Below are positions 55,358-64,000 of a DNA stretch of 64,000 nt, in pieces. The notes beneath the pieces were generated by a model. That model searched no databases. It had not been told where the DNA came from and worked only from the letters and a program-made list of their open reading frames with translations. The translations under genes and the position numbers were made by a program. Numbering within the stretch: position 1 is the first letter of the stretch; every line of letters starts with the position of its first letter. Source of the stretch: a bacterium (lineage in GTDB: Bacteria > Electryoneota > B3-LCP); NCBI GenBank assembly GCA_026394195.1, contig JAPKYS010000023.1:540209-604208 (forward strand), read 5' to 3'.

Positions 55358-56698
55358 TTATTTCAGAAATTGCGTTAAAAATCCTGTATTGACATTCCCG
55401 GCGATGAAGTCCGGGTGTTGGAGTACTTTTTTATGGAAGGGGATGGTGGTTTCAACCCCTTCGACCACCATTTCATCAAGCGCACGGCGCATGCGCACGA
55501 TGGCTTCAGAACGATCCCGGCCGTGCGTGATCACTTTGGCAATGAGCGAATCGTAATTGGGTGGGATCGTGTATCCGGAGTAAATGTGTGAATCGATGCG
55601 AACTCCCGGACCTCCCGGGATGTGCAATTCCGTGATCTTCCCCGGTGATGGCAGGAAATTCTTCTCAGGATCTTCCGCGTTGATGCGGCACTCGATCGAG
55701 TGCCCCCGAGGCTGCATCTCCCGATCGGTTAGTTCAATCGCTTCCCCGGCTGCTGCCTGGATCTGCATTTTAACCAGATCGATGCCAAATACCATTTCAG
55801 TCACCGGGTGTTCCACCTGGATGCGCGTATTCATCTCCATGAAATAGAAATCGCCGTTTTGATCCAGCAGAAATTCCATGGTGCCGGCGTATAAGTATTC
55901 GACGGATCGAGCTCCCTCAACGGCAGCCTCGATGAATTTCTTGCGCAGTTTGGGCGTAACCGCGGGCGAAGGACTCTCTTCGATCAATTTTTGATGGCGG
56001 CGTTGGATGGAACAGTCGCGTTCTCCGAATGCCAGGACTCTACCATCTTTCAACCCCATGACCTGGATTTCGATATGACGCGGATTTTCCAGATATTTTT
56101 CGATGTAAACTTCGCCAGACCCAAAGGCGGATTCAGCTTCAGCGCAAGCCATCTCGAAATTAGACTCCATCTGTTCGGCGCCGCGCACGATGCGCATCCC
56201 GCGCCCTCCCCCACCCGCCGAAGCCTTTACGATCACCGGGTATCCGATGGTCTGAGCCAACTGCAGTGCCTCAGCAGCATCCTTGATGACGCCATCGCTG
56301 CCGGGAACCGTCGGTACTTTGGCTGTTTGCATGGTACGTTTGGCCTGGGCCTTATCGCCCATAAGTGAGATTGTCTGCGGCTTGGGTCCGATAAAGATGA
56401 TACCATTCATGGCACACATTTCAGCGAAATCAGCCGATTCCGCCAGAAAGCCGTAACCGGGATGAATGGCGTCGGCGCCGCTGATTTCGGCAGCAGCGAT
56501 CAAACGAGCAGGTTTGAGATAGCTGTCCGATGCCAGCGGGGGACCAATGCAGACCGATTCGTCCGCGAAAAAGACGTGGAGACTATCCCGGTCCGCTGTG
56601 GAATACACCGCGACCGTCGGAACTCCCAGTTCCTTGCAAGCGCGGATGATACGCAGGGCTATTTCTCCGCGATTGGCTACCAATATCTTTTTGAACAA
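55358..56698 (-). CDS. accC: Acetyl-CoA carboxylase, biotin carboxylase subunit
   Basis: [25 protein letters not shown] and an ATP-grasp region. Full length at 446 aa. Confidence 0.95.
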   Translation of the reverse strand: MFKKILVANRGEIALRIIRACKELGVPTVAVYSTADRDSLHVFFADESVCIGPPLASDSYLKPARLIAAAEISGADAIHPGYGFLAESADFAEMCAMNGIIFIGPKPQTISLMGDKAQAKRTMQTAKVPTVPGSDGVIKDAAEALQLAQTIGYPVIVKASAGGGGRGMRIVRGAEQMESNFEMACAEAESAFGSGEVYIEKYLENPRHIEIQVMGLKDGRVLAFGERDCSIQRRHQKLIEESPSPAVTPKLRKKFIEAAVEGARSVEYLYAGTMEFLLDQNGDFYFMEMNTRIQVEHPVTEMVFGIDLVKMQIQAAAGEAIELTDREMQPRGHSIECRINAEDPEKNFLPSPGKITELHIPGGPGVRIDSHIYSGYTIPPNYDSLIAKVITHGRDRSEAIVRMRRALDEMVVEGVETTIPFHKKVLQHPDFIAGNVNTGFLTQFLK

Positions 56699-56736
56699 GG
56701 TATTATCCTACAGATTTACCGGCGGTGAAGACGTGC

Positions 56737-57249
56737 CTATGCAACTTCAATCGTAAAGAGTGGATGATCAAATTCAACGGGTTGCGCATTTTCGACCATG
56801 ATCTCCACCAGCCTGCCTTCAAACTCAGATTCGATTTCATTCATAAGTTTCATCGCTTCCACAATGCAGAGCACCTGCCCCTTTCGCACCTGGTCCCCGA
56901 CCTGCACGTAAGGTTCAGCATCAGGCGAGGGAGCGGCATAGAACGTCCCCACCATCGGCGATTTGATAATCTTGGTGTTTCGCCCGGCTTTGGCATCGGT
57001 CTGTGGCGATGGAGCGCTCCCGACTGAGGCCGCCTGCTGTGCTGCCATTGCTTGAGCATATTGCGGCATCATCTGGGCAAAGGTCACCTGTCCGGACTGG
57101 CTATCTTTGACAGACGCTTTGGCCAGACGTATCTTGCGATCCTTGTCGGATATTTCGATCTCAGTGATTTCACTATTTTCCAGCAATTTCACCAACCTGC
57201 GCACTTCGGCGAAATCGAACATGGGTCCTCCTGATTTGTTCTGGCTCAT
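56737..57249 (-). CDS. accB: Acetyl-CoA carboxylase biotin carboxyl carrier protein
   Basis: C-terminal biotinyl domain with VEAMKLMNEIE. Confidence 0.9.
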   Translation of the reverse strand: MSQNKSGGPMFDFAEVRRLVKLLENSEITEIEISDKDRKIRLAKASVKDSQSGQVTFAQMMPQYAQAMAAQQAASVGSAPSPQTDAKAGRNTKIIKSPMVGTFYAAPSPDAEPYVQVGDQVRKGQVLCIVEAMKLMNEIESEFEGRLVEIMVENAQPVEFDHPLFTIEVA

Positions 57250-57809
57250 GCTTTTACCCGTTCCAAATAAGTATTGGTCCGAGTATCGACCCGGATCAGT
57301 TCGCCCTCCTCCACGAAGAAAGGCACCATCACCATCGCTCCTGTTTCCAGAACGGCGGGTTTACCGCTGCCGGAAACGGTGTCTCCCTTTGCCCCGGGAT
57401 CAGTTTTTATAATGCGGAGTGTGATGAAATTGGGCATTTCAAAGGTGACGGCTTCCTTCTCCATCAAGCTCAGCGTGCAGATTTCATTTTCTTTCAGATA
57501 TTTTTTACCCTCACCGACCGTTTCCTGCGGAACGTGATACTGCTCGTAGGTTTCAGTATCCATGAAGACGTAGTGATCGCCGTCCTGATAGAGGTACTGC
57601 ATCTTCCGCTCCTGCAAGCGCACGACCTCAATGGTCTCACCCGATCTGAAGGTGTTTTCGACCACGCGGCCGGTCTTTAAATTTTTCAGCTTGGTACGCG
57701 TAAAAGCAGTGCCTTTGCCGGGTTTAACATGCTGAAATTCAACGATAGTATTTAGTTCGTCCCTGAATCGCATCACTAATCCGTTGCGAAAATCAGAAGT
57801 GGTCGCCAT
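57246..57809 (-). CDS. efp: Translation elongation factor P
   Basis: FRNGLVMRF...VEFQHVKPGKGTAFTRTKLKNLKTGR. Confidence 0.95.
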   Translation of the reverse strand: MATTSDFRNGLVMRFRDELNTIVEFQHVKPGKGTAFTRTKLKNLKTGRVVENTFRSGETIEVVRLQERKMQYLYQDGDHYVFMDTETYEQYHVPQETVGEGKKYLKENEICTLSLMEKEAVTFEMPNFITLRIIKTDPGAKGDTVSGSGKPAVLETGAMVMVPFFVEEGELIRVDTRTNTYLERVKA

Positions 57810-57905
57810 GATTTACTCCGATGAACTTTATTTTATGCTATTTCTTTACTAAGTTTCTGTGATTACTTTATTTATTAGGCGCAGTGAGCTGGATAATTAC
57901 TGAAA

Positions 57906-58862
57906 TCAAGGTGCCTCTTCAAACAACTGTACGAAAGTATCATGCATGGTGTTCTGCAGCTGCCAGGCAGGGTTGGAACTGTCGGCAACGCCTATGTTGG
58001 CAACACCAGGCCATCCGGCGCCGAATTGAAAATGCTTATAAGCCAGGAGGTAGTAATCCTGGTATGCCCCGGAAAGATTGAGATCATAGTTCATGAAAAA
58101 GGGCAGGTATTGGAATTTGGTGTTGTAGTTCAGCGCCTGCCAGGAGTTGAACGATGCAAGGTAAATATCGCCCCCCGCGAGCATCCCGTCAGCTCCGAAA
58201 TGGGTGGCAGTATAGTACTCGAACTGATCGTATTGATCCAAGCTGTAATTCTGATAGGCATACTGCACATAGGGTGTATTGTTGGCAGGGGTCGGGTAGT
58301 TGGAAATGATCGTCCGCACGTCACCGAAACTGCTGATCGCCCCGGCGGTCAGAAAAATTCGATAGATGCCGTCAGACAGGTAATTGCCGGCAGAGTCGAT
58401 GCCGGTCCAGGTCAGCAGGTGTTGACCACTCGGCAATGTGTTACCGACCAGAGGTATCACCACTTCTCCCGATTCATCTTCGAGCCAGATATTCAGCAGG
58501 ACTGACTGAGGTAAATTCAGCACCATAATCATACGCCCGGCTCTGGGAATAAAGGGATTGGGAAATACACCAATGGAAAATACGCTGTCATTCGGAGGTA
58601 GAGGCTCAGAACGCAATTGTGCATCCAGTGTAACCATCAGTCCGGGGAAATGGCTGGGAGTAAAATACGGTCCATCTCCACCGGGCAGGGTGGTGATGAC
58701 CCAATCCGTCGTATCGACCGACAGCGTATCGCCCCATTCGTTCCTTTCGGTGATGCCGCTGAAGGTTCGACCGTTGGTGGAGTTGGTCGACGAATCTTTG
58801 TCGGAACACCCTGCTGTCATCAGCATCGCGGCGATGAGCGCTACCGAATTACAGAGTTTCAT
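57906..58862 (-). CDS. Hypothetical lipoprotein with an internal CTD/FlgD-Ig-like domain and a C-terminal domain shared with 31000-32777 proteins
   Basis: Lipobox LMTAGCS. Internal VFPNPFIPRAGRMIMVLNL...HLLTWTG...SDGIYRIFL. C-terminal EYYTATHFGADG..GGD and YKHFQFGAGWPG. Confidence 0.55.
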   Translation of the reverse strand: MKLCNSVALIAAMLMTAGCSDKDSSTNSTNGRTFSGITERNEWGDTLSVDTTDWVITTLPGGDGPYFTPSHFPGLMVTLDAQLRSEPLPPNDSVFSIGVFPNPFIPRAGRMIMVLNLPQSVLLNIWLEDESGEVVIPLVGNTLPSGQHLLTWTGIDSAGNYLSDGIYRIFLTAGAISSFGDVRTIISNYPTPANNTPYVQYAYQNYSLDQYDQFEYYTATHFGADGMLAGGDIYLASFNSWQALNYNTKFQYLPFFMNYDLNLSGAYQDYYLLAYKHFQFGAGWPGVANIGVADSSNPAWQLQNTMHDTFVQLFEEAP

Positions 58863-58874
58863 GATGGTCTCACG

Positions 58875-60914
<2,040 letters not shown>

Positions 60915-61011
60915 CTAAGTCCAAATCAATGTAAATCCGGGTAAATTTAAGCAATTCTCAGTCGATATTCAAGCAATTTTACCACTTTTAGCCGTTTTTC
61001 CGCCGAGGATG

Positions 61012-61043
61012 CAAATAAAAAAAAGACGACCGTGCGGTCGTCT
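61012..61043 (-). terminator. Rho-independent terminator downstream of the small Zn-ribbon gene
   Basis: aagacgacc-gtgc-ggtcgtctt is a 9-bp stem. On the minus strand it is followed by a T run (the plus-strand A run at 61017-61023). Confidence 0.65.
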
Positions 61044-61074
61044 TGTGTGAAGATATATCCGTTATCCGTTCATT

Positions 61075-61323
61075 CTACCAGCTCGCCAAAGTTTCAGACT
61101 CACCCTCACCGCCCTCAGCATCCTCTGTATAAGTATCCGCAAAGAGGGGTACTTTGTTTTTCGCCGCTTGAACGGTGCAATCCCAGCACAGCTTATCTAC
61201 AGACACCCAGCGAGTTTCCTTGTGGCAGTTGGAACAGAGGTGGAGTGCGCTTCTATGACTGTCCGTAGAGTGCGTCTTTTTTCGGCGCCAATTGATTTGT
61301 CCTTCATGTACAGCTGCCATCAT
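61075..61323 (-). CDS. Small hypothetical zinc-ribbon protein with an acidic tail
   Basis: CSNC...x12...CWDC (C30, C33, C46, C49). It has its own terminator and lies 86 nt downstream of the J-protein gene. Confidence 0.5.
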   Translation of the reverse strand: MMAAVHEGQINWRRKKTHSTDSHRSALHLCSNCHKETRWVSVDKLCWDCTVQAAKNKVPLFADTYTEDAEGGEGESETLASW

Positions 61324-61409
61324 GCCCTCCCCTTTGAATTTGTCATGTCTGGCTTACAGGGTTACTTTTGGAATATAACTGCTTGAATTTCTCTGATAGG
61401 TGACGCGAA

Positions 61410-62447
61410 TCACTGGTTTAGTTTTTTCAATGCTTCGTAAAATTGTTTCTGCTCAATAGTCAATTGATCCGGGACGATGACTAAAAGAGTGACGATTAGA
61501 TCTCCGAACCCACCTTCACGCCTGGGAAGTCCCTTGCCTGATATCTTCAATTTCTTGCCGCTGTTCGATCCGGCAGCGAGTCGCAGGATCAAACTGCCTG
61601 AGGGGGTTGAAAGCGCAACGACGCCTCCCAGGGCAGCAAGGTAATCCGGAATAGGAAGCTCAGTCAATAGATCCCTGCCATTATTGCTGAAGCCATCGCT
61701 TTGATCGATTTTTATCCTGATGCGAAGATCGCCTGAGGGACCCATACTTTTCGGTGCAGGATTACCCTGTCCGAACAACTTGAGGATTTCGCCATTCTCT
61801 ACACCGGGAGGAATCTTCACGTTCAAAGTACGGTTTTGGTTAAAATGCCCTGCGCCTGCACATTTTGCGCAAACAGACTTGGCAGAATGCCCTGTCCCCC
61901 CGCAATCTTCACAGACCAGATCTGGGGCGATGGCAACCAGCCGGGGTTTCGAATCATATAAATCGGTAAGGCTTAAACGCAACTCAACCTCAACGTCTGA
62001 GCCACGTGTGCGATCGTGATTTTCCTGAAAGGGGTGGGACCCGTTGGCGCCTTGGGAACGACGGTTGAATCGATTTAAAATTTCATACAGCATGACATCA
62101 AAGCCACTCAATCTTGAATTGTCGCGATCGAAAAAGGTCGGATCGAGATCATTGAAGCTCACACTTCTTGCGGCTGCCTGCCAGCCGGGCGGCGGCGCAT
62201 AATCCCCACCGACTGAACCGTAGAGGTCGTATTGCTGTCGCTTCTGCGGATCAGACAAGACCCGGTAAGCCTCGCCCACTTCCCCGATTTTTTTATCGGC
62301 TTCAGGGTTCGAGGAGCTACGATCCGGGTGCAGCTCCCTCATCCGGCGAGTGTAGGCTCTCTGGATTTCGAAGGTATCTGCATCCCGCCGGATACCCAAG
62401 ATGTTGTAATAGTCTTTGCTAATCATCTTACTCTGCAGAAATTGCAC
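61410..62447 (-). CDS. DnaJ-family J-domain protein with a single CxxCxGxG pair
   Basis: J domain DYYNILGI...LHPD (HPD motif), one zinc centre CEDCGGTG...CAKCAGAG, and a DnaJ-like C-terminal beta domain. The likely start is the Met at 62426. Confidence 0.8.
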   Translation of the reverse strand: MQFLQSKMISKDYYNILGIRRDADTFEIQRAYTRRMRELHPDRSSSNPEADKKIGEVGEAYRVLSDPQKRQQYDLYGSVGGDYAPPPGWQAAARSVSFNDLDPTFFDRDNSRLSGFDVMLYEILNRFNRRSQGANGSHPFQENHDRTRGSDVEVELRLSLTDLYDSKPRLVAIAPDLVCEDCGGTGHSAKSVCAKCAGAGHFNQNRTLNVKIPPGVENGEILKLFGQGNPAPKSMGPSGDLRIRIKIDQSDGFSNNGRDLLTELPIPDYLAALGGVVALSTPSGSLILRLAAGSNSGKKLKISGKGLPRREGGFGDLIVTLLVIVPDQLTIEQKQFYEALKKLNQ

Positions 62448-62688
62448 TGTAGATACAGATTGTACTAACCTATTTTTTGAGACGATCTGCTCGCTACGAG
62501 ACCAAGTTTTTCAAGCACACTGGATATTTTTATTTAATTAACAAATCTGCATCCAACAATTGCTGTTTCTTCAGCCGCATGCTGTTGGTCATTATTACAA
62601 AAAGCGTGCCCGATGGGAAGAAGGCTTGACTGTTCGGAGTTCTGATGAACTCATGTCGAATTAGAGATTTTGTCATGATCCTATCCAA

Positions 62689-62720
62689 TAAAAAAAACCG
62701 CGCTGGGCAGCGCGGTTTTT
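62689..62720 (-). terminator. Rho-independent terminator after the CTD-protein gene
   Basis: accgcgctg-ggc-cagcgcggt stem. On the minus strand it is followed by TTTTTTTT. Confidence 0.65.
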
Positions 62721-62739
62721 CGAAAGGACTTTGTTGCAG

Positions 62740-64000
62740 CTATTTTATATAGAGCAGTTTCTGGGCTTGCTGATTGCCTTCTTGCGAGAGAACTGCGAAG
62801 TAAACTCCCGAAGCCATGCCCGCAGCATCAAAGGTAACTTGGTGCATCCCCTCCTCTGCCGGCCCATCGAACAGTGTCGCAACAGTGCGCCCTGAAACGT
62901 CCACAATCTCAAGACGGGTTGGAGATTCCACCGGCAGGGAAAAACTCAACACCGTTGCTGCGTTGAACGGATTCGGATGGGGAGGAAAGAGCGTAAACGT
63001 CGCCGGCTGGGCGGCAGGGTCTGGTGTTTCGACGCCGACAGACCCTTCGGGAGCGTAGATGCAGACGTCATCGATATACCACCCTTCTGCCTCAGTGCCC
63101 TGATCCGAACCGAAGCGGAAACGGATCTGCTGGTCGCCGCTATAAGAGTACAGATTGACTTTCGCAGCTGTCCAGTTGAAATTATGCGAATAGCAGTCAG
63201 TACCGATCTGAAACGGAGATCCCGAATGCTGAATTTGATCGGGGTATCCTCCGGTGGGCGTCAACTGCGTCCAATCAGTTCCCGCGCTGATTTCGACAAT
63301 TCCACCGTCCCAATCAGGTTCACAATTCAGTCGGTGCCAGAAGCCGATTCGGGACCCTGAAGGCAAGGTGATCTGAGGACTGACCAACGCTGCATTAAGC
63401 CTTGACCAGTAACTCCCATAACCGTTTTGTCCGCACTTCCAGGACATATGACCGTTGCCGGTATGATTTCTTTGCTGGGATAAGTGCCACTGATCATTGT
63501 AGCTCCCGAACGCTACCCCATGAGTCCAAAACGTCTGAACTCCCTCCATGTTGTCGGAAAAAACAGCATCCCAACCGATTTCCAGGGGAACCGTCACCGC
63601 GTCGGCGCCTCCATTCCAACTGACGATCAGATTGAGTTCTGCATCATAGGCTGCAGGGCACCCAGGCAGCACGCTCACCCGGAAGGCAGCGCTGTTCTGA
63701 GCGATCAGGGTACAACCGATGTTCGGGAAAGCTGCGGTTGAACTGGTAACCTGCAGGTAGGGATCGGTACTTGAAAGCGTCCCGGTCACACCGGTGGCTT
63801 CGAGGCTGCCCGAATTTCTGATGGTAATGTAAATGTCCCCTTCTTCGCCGGCATCGAGGAATTGATCGTTGTCACCTCCATCGTTGACGACTTGAGCGCC
63901 ATTGAATACTAAGCTGGGCGTTCCAGAGGTGAAGCTGAGATCGAAGGTCATCAGAGGACCGGAGTTGCTGATGTTGCTGAAGAAGATGCCTGAAGGAGCA
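62740..64000 (-). CDS. Secreted protein with MAM-like domain and T9SS C-terminal sorting domain (5' end beyond the right edge)
   Basis: The frame stays open from 63951 to the window edge (APSGIFFSNISNSGPL upstream of the first Met). GWYIDDVCIY resembles GWCVDDLGVF of the 1377-4316 protein. CTD HPNPFNAATVLSFSL...SGVYFAVLSQ. Confidence 0.7.
   Translation of the reverse strand, partial: APSGIFFSNISNSGPLMTFDLSFTSGTPSLVFNGAQVVNDGGDNDQFLDAGEEGDIYITIRNSGSLEATGVTGTLSSTDPYLQVTSSTAAFPNIGCTLIAQNSAAFRVSVLPGCPAAYDAELNLIVSWNGGADAVTVPLEIGWDAVFSDNMEGVQTFWTHGVAFGSYNDQWHLSQQRNHTGNGHMSWKCGQNGYGSYWSRLNAALVSPQITLPSGSRIGFWHRLNCEPDWDGGIVEISAGTDWTQLTPTGGYPDQIQHSGSPFQIGTDCYSHNFNWTAAKVNLYSYSGDQQIRFRFGSDQGTEAEGWYIDDVCIYAPEGSVGVETPDPAAQPATFTLFPPHPNPFNAATVLSFSLPVESPTRLEIVDVSGRTVATLFDGPAEEGMHQVTFDAAGMASGVYFAVLSQEGNQQAQKLLYIK

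Overview
The window is almost fully coding and looks like a chromosomal segment of a Gram-negative bacterium of the FCB type. That lineage guess is inferred from five or more proteins ending in type IX secretion (T9SS) C-terminal sorting domains and three PorV/PorQ-like barrels. Housekeeping content is clear. It includes tilS (partial), rpsU, rsmE, nadA and the classic kdsC-kdsD-lptC-lptA-lptB-rpoN block. It also includes pdxJ, der, tRNA-Gly(CCC), an efp-accB-accC-gcvH-gcvPA string, ligA and a DnaJ-like gene. No rRNA, CRISPR array, transposase, integrase or reverse transcriptase was seen. The best candidate for an undescribed system is an extended porU-porV operon (44706->32947, minus strand). 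In it, a Trm112-like mini-protein, a C25 sortase-like PorU and PorV are followed by two tightly coupled large genes. One is an M6/InhA-like T9SS C-terminal sorting domain (CTD) protein whose HExxH zinc site is replaced (LLFAQW). The other is an HExxH + PD40-propeller protein whose C-terminal ~450 aa I infer, without a diagnostic motif, to be a beta-barrel. A second module (18609-23246) encodes a lipoprotein, a CTD-bearing BNR propeller and two tandem PorV/PorQ-like barrels, resembling a PorZ/PorQ arrangement. Other notable items:
- a GxxExxY gene bracketed by 32-nt inverted repeats, sitting where gcvPB would be expected
- two identical GAGTTATCCACA 12-mers (perfect DnaA-box core) upstream of nadA
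- a Fic AMPylase-like gene with an unknown C-terminal half, placed downstream of rpoN
- a three-member uncharacterised domain family
All functional calls come from motif recognition by eye; no searches were run.
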